From a virus (taxonomy: Duplodnaviria > Caudoviricetes): DNA of 36,225 bases. The first letter of the stretch is position 1; each line of letters starts with the position of its first letter. Under the pieces are notes generated by a model. The model searched no databases, was not told the DNA's origin, and worked only from the letters and a program-made list of their open reading frames with translations. Location of the stretch: positions 1 through 36,225 of the IMG/VR virus record IMGVR_UViG_3300039208_000393. One strand, written 5' to 3'. Both the position numbers and the translations under genes were made by a program. This document shows, one piece after another, positions 18,874-28,229 of the stretch.

Positions 18874-19847
18874 ACGGCTCTCCGTCTGTTCATATAATGC
18901 CGCTGTTTGGCCGGAACATTGTTCCCTCCCGCCGCCTCAGCGATAGAGTAAATATTCCACCATGTATTAACATTAGCCGACCCGCCTTGAATATCGATAT
19001 CGCCGTCAGGATTACAACGCAGCGGGAGCCAAGTTTTCGAGACTTCGCCGGATACCTCCGTATTTCCGTCGTCGGTTCTTATCGAAAGAGTATCACCGCC
19101 GCCGCCGGCTTTCTCGGTCTCGAGGATTGTCCCGAGAGCGTTCGTATTTATCGAGCGGGTCGTCCAATTTCCATCCGTTACGGAGATATCGGTTCCGTTT
19201 GCCGAGTCGGTCGTCCAGTCGTTTGTTAGATACCCGAGTATTTTGAAATCAAGAACGGTCGACGAGATATACATATCCATTAGTTCGCCGGTTTGCAGCG
19301 GGATCAATACTCCGGTTCCTCGTCCGACGTTATCCTGAATCTCGGTCGTTCCATCGCCGGCCCGGGCGCCGAACGTGTTTGTCGAATCAGTCGTCGGATA
19401 TGCCAAGGCGATCAAATGAGTCGCGCCGGCCGCAGTTTCAGCCGTGACGTCGATTCCCTCGATCCATGAACCCGTAGTCGTTTGACTCTTATCCTTGCCA
19501 TTTGCAAAGAACACGGCGTTCGGACCAAAGAAAAATGACGTATAGAAATCGACCTCACTCCAGTCCTCACAATAGAATTCCATTTCGTCGTTGCCGTCGA
19601 TCCCGCAAAAATAGCCGACCATGAACTCGGCGAGTAAGGTGAACTTGAAATCGTCCGGCGTTCCCGCCCCCTTCATCCTCCAGCCGATTTCGAGATCCGT
19701 CGTCGTCGATTTGTTCTTGATTATCCCCGCGACTCCGGTTCCGTTTGCCGGCCAAGATGCGTGAGCTCCGGCGTCAAAGGTCTCGTATTGAGCGTCCGTC
19801 GGCGCCGTGAACGTGATAGTCTCGGGGTTTGTCAACCAAGTCGCCAT
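18870..19847 (-). CDS. Putative virion surface/receptor-binding protein with three tandem beta domains
   Basis: 325 aa, Thr/Gly/Asp-rich, three similar ~100-aa units, short basic C-terminal tail. Confidence 0.6.
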   Translation of the reverse strand: MATWLTNPETITFTAPTDAQYETFDAGAHASWPANGTGVAGIIKNKSTTTDLEIGWRMKGAGTPDDFKFTLLAEFMVGYFCGIDGNDEMEFYCEDWSEVDFYTSFFFGPNAVFFANGKDKSQTTTGSWIEGIDVTAETAAGATHLIALAYPTTDSTNTFGARAGDGTTEIQDNVGRGTGVLIPLQTGELMDMYISSTVLDFKILGYLTNDWTTDSANGTDISVTDGNWTTRSINTNALGTILETEKAGGGGDTLSIRTDDGNTEVSGEVSKTWLPLRCNPDGDIDIQGGSANVNTWWNIYSIAEAAGGNNVPAKQRHYMNRRRAV

Positions 19848-21301
19848 TAATTATCCTCGTTGCCCTCTTGAGGTTCCGCCGGAGAGGGAGGCGTCGCCGT
19901 GGCCGCCTGTCCGATCGCGTTAAATATGCCTGTTGTTCTCGCTGTCAGGCGTCGATTTACGTCACGATTTTCCTCGATCTTTTTCTCGGCCTCGGCCCGG
20001 GTCATTCCCGGGAATCGTTGCATTAGCCAGTCTATCGGGGTCGACAAGTTGTATTTGAGGTCCTCCTCGCGTTCCCGGGAGACTTCATCGATCGATTTTG
20101 GAAATTCCGGTTTGACGAACTCCGTCTCGAGAGATGCCCCCTCCGGTATTTCGTATTCGCTGAGGCCATGGACCCGGGACATTTCTCGCAAAATAGCAAG
20201 GTGATCCTGTTCGAGCGGACGATAATGATCGAGGTCGTCCTCACGGGCCTCCAGTAAATCGAGGTTGCTCACGACAAGAGCGAAACCGCTCATCGGGTTC
20301 CCTGACTCCCGGAAATTGGCTTTCATTCCCCAGTTTGCAAGCTCGATATTTAGCCACCGCTCAATAAACTCCATTGTTTCGACAAGGGAGGGGGAAAAAT
20401 TGATCGCCCCGATCTCGTCGTCTTTCTCGAGCTGGATCACTTCCGTATGGCCGACCTTGAGTTGAGGCTGTCCTTTGTCGTTTTTCGGGAGCTTCTCGGT
20501 ATTGCGGATTTTGCTCCATAGCTGAGAGAACGATTGAAACCGGATCCCGTGGAGGGCCGCATAAATAGCGAGGATAAGGTTCTGATTTACCTCGACTAAT
20601 GACTTTGCGCCTGTCGTCCAATAAAAATCGATATCGGGCGTACTATAGTCGACGATCGGCATTCGGCCGTAAGGATTGATCCCGTCAGGGAATGCCGGGT
20701 CATAGCTGACGACCCCGGCCTTGTTAATGAAAAAGTATTCGTCGTCTGATATACAGAGAAATATCGGATCCGACACTTTCTTTCCGTTCGCCTGAGGGGG
20801 CATCGGGATTTTATACCCGATCGGATAGATTTCATTGTCGGCCGAGAATATGGGCTCGTATTTGTCCTCGATATACCAGAGAAAGCCGCGTTCCTCGTTC
20901 CACGTCCAGCGAAAGAGGAGATTGTTCAGGAGGTTTTTGTGACGCTCGGCCTGTTTGAGCATAACCTGAAAGGCGGGATTGTCACTCGTAAAAGCGTTGA
21001 ATCCGTCGTCCTTTATCGGGTTTCCGCTTTGATCCAATAGGACCCGAGTCGGCTGTTTCTTATAGACGAGTGATCGCTTATCGATGACCCGTTTCGTCAG
21101 CCTCGAGGACATGAAAGGCAACATCCGTTTTTCAGCAAACCCATATTGAGCGAAATACGAGGCTTTCGATTGCTGATTGTCCTGATAAAAGTCGAGCATC
21201 TTATCCCGGAGCTCAATTCGTTCTTTCCGTGCTTTCTCCCTCGCCGAGAGGATGCTCTCTAATACGAGTTGCCTCGCGACTGATTCAAATAGATCGGGCA
21301 T
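19847..21301 (-). CDS. Portal protein (SPP1-like)
   Basis: Follows TerL; NPYGRMPIV and SGFAL motifs; C-terminal AEKKIEEN; 484 aa. Confidence 0.9.
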   Translation of the reverse strand: MPDLFESVARQLVLESILSAREKARKERIELRDKMLDFYQDNQQSKASYFAQYGFAEKRMLPFMSSRLTKRVIDKRSLVYKKQPTRVLLDQSGNPIKDDGFNAFTSDNPAFQVMLKQAERHKNLLNNLLFRWTWNEERGFLWYIEDKYEPIFSADNEIYPIGYKIPMPPQANGKKVSDPIFLCISDDEYFFINKAGVVSYDPAFPDGINPYGRMPIVDYSTPDIDFYWTTGAKSLVEVNQNLILAIYAALHGIRFQSFSQLWSKIRNTEKLPKNDKGQPQLKVGHTEVIQLEKDDEIGAINFSPSLVETMEFIERWLNIELANWGMKANFRESGNPMSGFALVVSNLDLLEAREDDLDHYRPLEQDHLAILREMSRVHGLSEYEIPEGASLETEFVKPEFPKSIDEVSREREEDLKYNLSTPIDWLMQRFPGMTRAEAEKKIEENRDVNRRLTARTTGIFNAIGQAATATPPSPAEPQEGNEDN

Positions 21302-21316
21302 CGGTTCAATTCTCCT

Positions 21317-22603
21317 CTATGCTCTTGCAATGACCCCGGCGTGAGCCGTGGAAACTTTGTATAGGTAGGACATCGGGTATCCGAGGGCGTCGGACGAGTG
21401 CGTCCGTTCCTTGTCGGATTTATCAAGCTCCCCGGATTGATCCATGACAACTTGTTCGAGGTCCTCCGTGAGGTCTGGACAGGCCTCCGTATCGATCGTC
21501 AATATATTGTGACTGAAACAGCGGTTCATTGAGGCGAGACGGTCCCGGATAAATGGATTCTTATCATCGGCGTATACATCAAACTCGGGATGAGAGCGGA
21601 TGATCTCGAGGTCCGACTGACTGGCGTTCGTGCTCCTGTTCTTGCCGGAGGCATCAGGATAAACGCGGAATGCCCAGTTCGGATATTTACGGAGGATTTT
21701 CTCGCACATTTTCGGAGTGTTGGCGTTCCCCCTCAGGACGATCTCGTCGAACACATGGACGCGGCGCCGCTTAGGATTATGAACGAAAAGCTCACAGACC
21801 ATTTTACCGACGTTGAAATCCCATCCGACCCCAATATACGGATACTTTTTGATAACCTTGGCCGACACTCGCTGATTGTGGCGATCGCGATCGAAAGAGT
21901 AATAAGCGGCCATACCGTTAATATTGACAAATTCGGCGTTAATATACTGATCGACGAGGACCGGGTCATATTGATCGTAAAGGCTCGCGATATAGTCAGG
22001 GGGTAAGAACGGATTGTCGGTCGTTCTCGCTCGTATGAGGGGGCCGATTTTCTTCTTATGGAATAGCTGATACGTTTCCCGGAATCCCTCAGGCGTCGTC
22101 GATATTGCGATCGTCGTTCCCTCGCCGGATCTCAGGCGGCCGAGACACTTCCTCCATAAGATTTTCTGTTTACCGGGTTTGATTATGTCAAATTCATCGA
22201 TGATAATATCAGTCGCCTCGAACCCGACGATATTTTCCGGCCGGTCCCCGCTACGGAACCAGATTTCCCCCTGCAATCCTCCAGAGTCGACGAGGATTTT
22301 CCGCTGACCCTGTCCTCCGACAGTGCGATGATTGATCCGGTATTTTGAAAAGAGGGTTTGAAAATCAGGGAGGTTTATATCTTCGATCATGCCGTTCGTC
22401 GGCGAGATCATGCAAACGAGAGCCCGCTCCCGTTGCTTGAGGAGTTGCATCGCCCGGTATACGTCGGCCTCCGACTTACCGGATCCGAACCCCCCGAGAA
22501 TGCCGATATACTTGTCTGACGTGTTGGCGGCGAATTGTAGCTGATGGGGAAGGACCTTTAATTTTGCCCTGACGTCAATTTTTAGGAATCTCCTCGAATT
22601 CAA
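21317..22603 (-). CDS. terL: Terminase large subunit (start uncertain: TTG 22603 or ATT 22579)
   Basis: LPHQ, Walker A GGFGSGKS, Walker B IIIDE, TTPEG, DNPFL, and nuclease motifs GWDFN, YPDASG, HSSDALGY. Confidence 0.93.
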   Translation of the reverse strand: MNSRRFLKIDVRAKLKVLPHQLQFAANTSDKYIGILGGFGSGKSEADVYRAMQLLKQRERALVCMISPTNGMIEDINLPDFQTLFSKYRINHRTVGGQGQRKILVDSGGLQGEIWFRSGDRPENIVGFEATDIIIDEFDIIKPGKQKILWRKCLGRLRSGEGTTIAISTTPEGFRETYQLFHKKKIGPLIRARTTDNPFLPPDYIASLYDQYDPVLVDQYINAEFVNINGMAAYYSFDRDRHNQRVSAKVIKKYPYIGVGWDFNVGKMVCELFVHNPKRRRVHVFDEIVLRGNANTPKMCEKILRKYPNWAFRVYPDASGKNRSTNASQSDLEIIRSHPEFDVYADDKNPFIRDRLASMNRCFSHNILTIDTEACPDLTEDLEQVVMDQSGELDKSDKERTHSSDALGYPMSYLYKVSTAHAGVIARA

Positions 22604-23027
22604 AGTCGACTGTTTTCGGAGCTCGATCGTCGACAAAGTCTTTGTGTACGGACTGCCAGCGGGAGGAGCGATTAACAAGGAAAAAGATAATAGCAGTATC
22701 AGACGGAGCCCGCCATTTAGTAACGGTGCGAGTCTCAGTCCGAATGACTTTATCCCCTTCCTTGATTTCCTTGACGTAAACCTCATGAATTTCCTCGCCG
22801 AGAACTTTTCTCATGAGGGCGTTTTCTGCCCTGTCGATATTAAAGTCACCTTGATCGGCTTCCCCCTTCACGATCTCGTCGTCGAACTTATGACGATGAC
22901 GCCTCCACGTCGAATAAGAGATGTTAAGGGCCTTTGCGATTTGCTTCTCAGATAAGCCTTTTTGCTTACACTGGAAAACGATCAATCGCGCCTGTTCAGT
23001 GACTTCGAATTTTTTGTGACGGGGCAT
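22575..23027 (-). CDS. terS: Terminase small subunit
   Basis: N-terminal HTH (SEKQIAKALNISYSTW), AENALMRKVLG and PSDTAIIFFLVNR motifs; directly upstream of terL. Confidence 0.88.
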   Translation of the reverse strand: MPRHKKFEVTEQARLIVFQCKQKGLSEKQIAKALNISYSTWRRHRHKFDDEIVKGEADQGDFNIDRAENALMRKVLGEEIHEVYVKEIKEGDKVIRTETRTVTKWRAPSDTAIIFFLVNRSSRWQSVHKDFVDDRAPKTVDFEFEEIPKN

Positions 23028-23142
23028 CTCTCCAGATTCCTCGCTGCCCCCTCCGGGGCGTAAAAACGAAAGGTCAAGGAAACACTCACAGAGAGAGCTC
23101 CCCTGACCTTTGTCGATGATGGTTCAAAGCAATCCCTTAATA

Positions 23143-23171
23143 ATAATATATACGGGAGGCCTCGAAATCAA
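23143..23171 (-). promoter_or_regulatory. Predicted sigma70-type promoter for the late operon
   Basis: Minus strand TTGATT-17 bp-TATTAT in the gap upstream of terS. Confidence 0.5.
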
Positions 23172-23205
23172 AATGCTGAAAATCATTTGTTCATCGTTCG
23201 GTGAT

Positions 23206-24399
23206 TTAAATCAACTGCGAAATCCTCATCGCTTTCTTGAGAGGTATCCCGGAATTGAACATTTTTTCGACAAGTTCGAGGTCTATCGCGAGCGTTGTAA
23301 AATACTTATCGTTGTTTATTCCGGGCTCTGGATAAACCTGATCGCGGCTCGTTCGGTTCTCATGTTGTAATTTTAAATTCGATCTCTTGAGGGCCGCGAT
23401 CGCCTCGTTCAGTTTCTTCTCGCGGATACCGGCGTCGAGCAACTGACGGACCGTTCTCTGAACATACTCGGGGATTTGACCGACGGTCACGGATTCGTCG
23501 AGCATCAGGATCGAGGCGATTTTCTTGAGGACTAAGGGGGTATTCGATCGCTTAAATACGTCGAGTTGTCGGTCGAGATCGCCGTTCAATTGGATCTGTG
23601 CCTCGAGCTCCCGCTGTACTTCGTGGATCTTGGCCGCCTGTTCGGTATTCTTTTGGTGTAACTCGTTTTTTCTCCTGACGATACGTCGGACGTAAGTCGG
23701 GAGCTTGTTCCGGTTTGGATATGAGGATCCCCCGAGCTCGGTCATCGCCCCGTCGACGAGGTCGGAGTCCTTGGTCCGATCGGCGTTCAGGAGTTCCGCC
23801 AGGCGGATTTTTAACAGGTCATAGGGCTCCTCGTCCGTCACTTCTTGGGCAGGGGGTATAAATTCATGGGCGATTGAATACAGGAGATGGTTTAAATATT
23901 TGTTTTCGACCTCGAGGCGAATCAGCAATGATTCGGCGTCCTCGACAAGATTGATCTGATCCCCTTTCATTGCGTGAGCATTTATTTTTAGATGCCGCTC
24001 GAGAGTAACCTCCCATTGCTTGAATATTGCGAGTAACTTGTGATTGTATTCACGGAGCTTTTTGTTCGCCTGTTCATACGACTTTTTCCCGTCAATGACT
24101 TCTTTGATAACTCCCGGCATCAGGTCATACGGGGGCCCCTGAGTCAGTTTCACCTTGCTATCGAAAAGGCCGGCGATACGGTCGAGGACGTCCTCATATT
24201 GAGCGTAAAAGGCATGTGAGGATTTCCGGGTATGCTTATTATCTTCACGCTGATCCTTGATCGCTTCGACGGCTGTTCTCAACAGTTCATTGATAGGGGG
24301 CATAACGTCCCCGGACTCATCTCTCGGCTTTACGAGCTCCCAAAGTGCGGCAAGTTCAACTCTGATTTCCTGAGCTTGCTGTTTCTGCTTATCTGACAT
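23206..24399 (-). CDS. Coiled-coil protein with degenerate internal repeats
   Basis: 397 aa, predicted all-helical; AGGGAGA SD. Confidence 0.75.
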   Translation of the reverse strand: MSDKQKQQAQEIRVELAALWELVKPRDESGDVMPPINELLRTAVEAIKDQREDNKHTRKSSHAFYAQYEDVLDRIAGLFDSKVKLTQGPPYDLMPGVIKEVIDGKKSYEQANKKLREYNHKLLAIFKQWEVTLERHLKINAHAMKGDQINLVEDAESLLIRLEVENKYLNHLLYSIAHEFIPPAQEVTDEEPYDLLKIRLAELLNADRTKDSDLVDGAMTELGGSSYPNRNKLPTYVRRIVRRKNELHQKNTEQAAKIHEVQRELEAQIQLNGDLDRQLDVFKRSNTPLVLKKIASILMLDESVTVGQIPEYVQRTVRQLLDAGIREKKLNEAIAALKRSNLKLQHENRTSRDQVYPEPGINNDKYFTTLAIDLELVEKMFNSGIPLKKAMRISQLI

Positions 24400-24467
24400 G
24401 ACTTTCTCCCTGATTAATAGCTGATTAAGTGAAATTTAACTGCAAATTAAGTGTCGACCCGGGCGGC

Positions 24468-25262
24468 TTATTCTTGAGTTTCAATGAATTTGAACCGGGC
24501 GATCTCGCCTTTCATCTCGACGACGCTGAAATCATATACCCATACCCAAGGATTCGGAACCGCGAAACTCGGTTTTCCCCTCCGCTTTCCGAGATAGTGA
24601 TAATTCATTCCGGTATGGGCTGGCACATCAAACCGAACGTCGTCGCATTCTTTGACGGCGTCCTCAATCGTCCAAGGATACGAAACGAACTCACGGATCT
24701 CGCGAACATTGTCCGACGATCGGCCGTAAATCGCTTTCGGCTTTCGATTTATCCCGTTCCATATTTCACGATATCGGTCGACGAGCATTTTATCAATTGA
24801 GGAATCGAGGGCCTCCTCCTCGGTCGGCATAGCTGCCCCCTCCCTGACGCAATCCCGGGGGGATATATCGATCAACCGTTCCGGCCATACCCGATTGATT
24901 TTGAGCAAGGTCCGGGCGTGTTTCTTTTTCATGAACAAGGACGGGGTCCATTTGATCGGCTGACCTCCGAAATCGGTTCGGGTTTGCCAGTCCGACCAAT
25001 AATAAACGAATTCGGCGTCTTGTCCGGGCTCGACGAATGTCGTCTCTTTCATCCAAAGATAATCGCCCTCAACCCCGAGAGGGGGCAAAGGATTTAATCC
25101 GGGGTCCGTAGAATGAAACGTGATTTTCTTCGTTTTCATGTCGACGAAAGACGGCTGAGGCTTAATTACGCGGCGTGTTTGGGTCTTGAGGCCTGATCTC
25201 ACAAGGGACTGATTCTCCCGAGTGAAAAGGACAGGCCTCGACTTTGGCTGATCCTTTTTCAT
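24468..25262 (-). CDS. ASCH/PUA-like phage protein (start revised to MKKDQ)
   Basis: RPVLF...GLKTQTRRVIKPQP, WTPSLFM, ERLIDIS..D..REG and NPWVWV motifs; AGGGAGA SD before 25262. Confidence 0.8.
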   Translation of the reverse strand: MKKDQPKSRPVLFTRENQSLVRSGLKTQTRRVIKPQPSFVDMKTKKITFHSTDPGLNPLPPLGVEGDYLWMKETTFVEPGQDAEFVYYWSDWQTRTDFGGQPIKWTPSLFMKKKHARTLLKINRVWPERLIDISPRDCVREGAAMPTEEEALDSSIDKMLVDRYREIWNGINRKPKAIYGRSSDNVREIREFVSYPWTIEDAVKECDDVRFDVPAHTGMNYHYLGKRRGKPSFAVPNPWVWVYDFSVVEMKGEIARFKFIETQE

Positions 25263-25297
25263 TACATTCTCCCTTTTTAATGCGTGTTCAGTTTGGT

Positions 25298-25366
25298 CTA
25301 TTTGGTCGCGAGGACCAAACCGCCAAGGACTAAACAGGCAATCACGATACAAACTATTAAGAACAT
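25298..25366 (-). CDS. 22-aa hydrophobic small ORF (not in the ORF track)
   Basis: GAGGAG-aagcc-type SD, then ATG; reads MFLIVCIVIACLVLGGLVLATK-stop; fills an otherwise empty gap. Confidence 0.6.
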   Translation of the reverse strand: MFLIVCIVIACLVLGGLVLATK

Positions 25367-25399
25367 GGCTTTCTCCTCATCATCGATTAAGGGTTTGCT

Positions 25400-25702
25400 T
25401 TATGGGCCTCCTGACATCCGTTTCCGAGGTTCTTTCAAGTTAGTCATGATGGATTTTAGAGACAAAGTCAGATCAATTTCGATCTTTGGCTCTACTCCGA
25501 ACAGGCTCGCGGTCAAAAAAACGAGCTTACCTCCGTCTGATTCGTCGATTATGGCGAGTTTCAAGTCATCATTACAGGCGAACCCGTAAAGATACCGGAT
25601 ATTCTTCCCGGAATAATGCTCCTCGAGGACGCTGAGGGCGCACAATTGGACGAAATCAGGATCCGTGAGGTCTCCGAACTTCAAATCGGTCATAATAAAC
25701 AT
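25400..25702 (-). CDS. Hypothetical protein (100 aa)
   Basis: AAGGGA upstream; same strand as neighbours. Confidence 0.65.
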   Translation of the reverse strand: MFIMTDLKFGDLTDPDFVQLCALSVLEEHYSGKNIRYLYGFACNDDLKLAIIDESDGGKLVFLTASLFGVEPKIEIDLTLSLKSIMTNLKEPRKRMSGGP

Positions 25703-25777
25703 TCCCTTTTTCGTAAGATCATAAAAAACAAGGCGAAACCCGGCGTTTCACGTGAAAAGTCGAGCTCCGCCGGCGGT

Positions 25778-25990
25778 TCAGTTTCGCCTATTGTATGACG
25801 AAATGACGTCAATAACCACTTTCGCGAGCTCGGCCCTCAAATCCAGTATTGCAAGGCATAATTCGAGCTTTGCGCGAAAGAATGTCCCCTCGGTCCCGGA
25901 GAGGAGCTCCTCGTCCGATACCTCGATTTCAGTGAGGCCGGTAATCTCTCGTAAAACATGGATCCTTATGAGGTCCTGACCGTCGATCAT
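25778..25990 (-). CDS. Hypothetical protein (start revised to MIDGQDL)
   Basis: TAATG coupling with the upstream gene at 25990. Confidence 0.55.
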   Translation of the reverse strand: MIDGQDLIRIHVLREITGLTEIEVSDEELLSGTEGTFFRAKLELCLAILDLRAELAKVVIDVISSYNRRN

Positions 25991-26496
25991 TACCAATTTC
26001 CCCCTATTGTTTCGGCCTCTCCGAAACAGCAAGGACCACAAAGGCCGGTATCTCCGACCGTGGGCGTCGCCTCGCAATTCGAACAGGATGCGGTCCAGTT
26101 TTTGCGGAACGCCGCCTCGTTTTCCTTGGCTGGCATAACGAGGGCCCCGGCGTCCGTCTGTTCGACGTTCAACTCATGACCCGGGGCAGGGATCCCCATT
26201 AATATATCCTTGATCATTCCGCGACCTTTCTCGGCCAAGTCAGGACGATCGACAGCGAACGAGATGAACTGAGCAAGTGAATCGAGGTCCCTGATCACAT
26301 CACCGAATATTTCGAGGATCAAGGCGTCTTTCATCTGGCTTTTAGCCAAAATCAAAACATCATCACGGTTATCGGGGTTCTCAAGATGCTCTGCGGGGAC
26401 AAGTTTTTTGATTCCAAATTCGACCGCGAGATCGAGCTCGACGGATCCGTCTTTGTTCGGTTTTTCTTTCGGTTCTAACGATTTACGGTCAATCAT
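25990..26496 (-). CDS. Hypothetical protein with C-terminal Cys (zinc-finger-like) motif
   Basis: CSNC-x11-CGPCC; AGGGAGA SD and ATGA coupling. Confidence 0.7.
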   Translation of the reverse strand: MIDRKSLEPKEKPNKDGSVELDLAVEFGIKKLVPAEHLENPDNRDDVLILAKSQMKDALILEIFGDVIRDLDSLAQFISFAVDRPDLAEKGRGMIKDILMGIPAPGHELNVEQTDAGALVMPAKENEAAFRKNWTASCSNCEATPTVGDTGLCGPCCFGEAETIGGNW

Positions 26497-27326
26497 GCTA
26501 TTCTCCCTATTTGTTCAAATAATGGCAAAGTTGATATTGAGTTCGGGGAAATCCAGATCATTTCGGTCCGCTCGTTCGCTCCATCGGCTAAAGCCCGTTT
26601 CGCTTTTACATCCCATCCGGGGAGTAAATCACGATAGAGCTCTGATTCATAGCCGCTGATAATGGTCTTTCCCTCGAGTGTTTTTACGAATTCCAACATT
26701 TCGATATGTTGCTCGTCGTTCATCTCAAATTGATAACCGTGAGCGGCCGGCCGCGTCCGCGTCGAGTGAACATAAGGCGGGTCGAGGTAGTTGAGAGTCT
26801 GACTCGAATCGTGCTCTCTCAATACTTGCCTGTAGTCCTTATTCTCGACAGTGACGCCCCTCAGACGATCGACGAATAATTTGATTTGTTCCGGGTACGT
26901 CCTCCAGTCGTGCGCCGGCGTAGTATAGCTTTTTTTCGATCCGGACCGGAATCCGGTTTTCATTTTTTTAGTGATCCCATCGGATCCGAACCCCATGAAC
27001 GAGCGGATTATCGTCCGTCGAGCCGCTTCAATTTCGCAATCGGTTTCCTCGTATGACAGCTCGAACTCAGACCTCGCAAAGGGGGTAAGCTCGATTTGTC
27101 TCGTCAAAAATTCGGCCTTATCCGGGTCACGTAGAACCCGGAAAACATTGACGATCTGAGAGTCGAGGTCGTTGTATATCTCGGCGTAACATCTCCGTTT
27201 TTTCATGAGTATCGAACCGCCTCCCCCGAATGCCTCGACGTATATCCGATGATTCGGGAAATGACTGATTATCCACGACGACAAGCGGAATTTTCCTCCG
27301 TGATATCTTAAAACCGCTCGTTTCAT
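26493..27326 (-). CDS. DNA adenine methyltransferase (D12/Dam class)
   Basis: LRYHGGK, YVEAFGGGGS, EIYND and YLDPPY motifs; target site not determinable from sequence alone. Confidence 0.93.
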   Translation of the reverse strand: MKRAVLRYHGGKFRLSSWIISHFPNHRIYVEAFGGGGSILMKKRRCYAEIYNDLDSQIVNVFRVLRDPDKAEFLTRQIELTPFARSEFELSYEETDCEIEAARRTIIRSFMGFGSDGITKKMKTGFRSGSKKSYTTPAHDWRTYPEQIKLFVDRLRGVTVENKDYRQVLREHDSSQTLNYLDPPYVHSTRTRPAAHGYQFEMNDEQHIEMLEFVKTLEGKTIISGYESELYRDLLPGWDVKAKRALADGANERTEMIWISPNSISTLPLFEQIGRIA

Positions 27327-28006
27327 CCTCCCATTACCTCTTTTCGGGCCTCGTTAATCCATTCGACGACATCGATCTCGATCTCGAAATCATTATCGAT
27401 TTGAAGCGGCTGAATAATGTCGAACTTGAATTTTTGGTGAAATGCGTGAGCCGTTTCCTCGTCGAAAAGCTCGAGAATGATCGCTAAGGCCAATTGAGCC
27501 GGCCCGGATCCGCCATATCCCCACGAAAAGCCGTCAGGCGAGTGATTCCATATCCTTTGACTTGCGACAGGGAGGAGCTCTTTTCCGTCGATAAATACTT
27601 GACGTGTTGCCGCGACGCCTGTGATTTTATGAACATTGGCCGGCGTCTCCTCCTCAAAATCAAATGCCCCCTGATTGTCCGAGGCCTCAGGCTCCCAAAA
27701 TGCAGCGGAAAGTCCTTTCAAGATATTGTGGACGTCAGTCATTTGATTGATTTCTTTATCCTTGGCGTGTTGACTCATATTCCCCTGATCAACTTTTCGA
27801 CCGTATACTCGCTCTCTCATGCTGAGCTCCCGGGTGACGCATTTGATTAAATCGGGGAGGGTGTATTCTGCCCCCTCAATGGGCGCCGCGACAAGTTCAA
27901 CGAAATCCGCGATCGTTTTCAGTGCGGTTAATGCCGACATCTTGTCTCCCCCATGATTGAGGGTATCGCGAACCATTTCGAATAATCCTTTGATTGTGCT
28001 GTCCAT
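27323..28006 (-). CDS. Two-domain protein with C-terminal DUF6166-like domain
   Basis: NHSPDGFSWGYGGSGPAQLALAI motif; N-terminal half carries CVTRELSMRERVY, a pattern recalled from other small phage proteins. Confidence 0.75.
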   Translation of the reverse strand: MDSTIKGLFEMVRDTLNHGGDKMSALTALKTIADFVELVAAPIEGAEYTLPDLIKCVTRELSMRERVYGRKVDQGNMSQHAKDKEINQMTDVHNILKGLSAAFWEPEASDNQGAFDFEEETPANVHKITGVAATRQVFIDGKELLPVASQRIWNHSPDGFSWGYGGSGPAQLALAIILELFDEETAHAFHQKFKFDIIQPLQIDNDFEIEIDVVEWINEARKEVMGG

Positions 28007-28030
28007 GCTGTTCTCCCTTATTGATTTCCG

Positions 28031-28225
28031 TTAAACTGATTGAATAGTTACGTCCGAGGATCCTGACCCGAAAACCTCGTCGGCTAATCTTGCTTGAACA
28101 ACATCCTTAAACCACCATGTCGGATACTGACCATTGTTCGCGGCCTTGATCTCGTCGATCGTGTCGTTCCATTCGGCGTCATTCTTTGATTTCTTGAGTT
28201 TTGCTATAGCTTGTTCCTTTGTCAT
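28031..28225 (-). CDS. Hypothetical protein (64 aa)
   Basis: AGGGG SD; GQYPTWWF motif; tight packing. Confidence 0.65.
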   Translation of the reverse strand: MTKEQAIAKLKKSKNDAEWNDTIDEIKAANNGQYPTWWFKDVVQARLADEVFGSGSSDVTIQSV

Positions 28226-28229
28226 TTTC

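Noticed and set aside
23069-23111. Inverted repeat AAAGGTCA/TGACCTTT upstream of terS as a pac or cos site
   Set aside because: Short arms with a long loop; it cannot be distinguished from a leader hairpin or chance.
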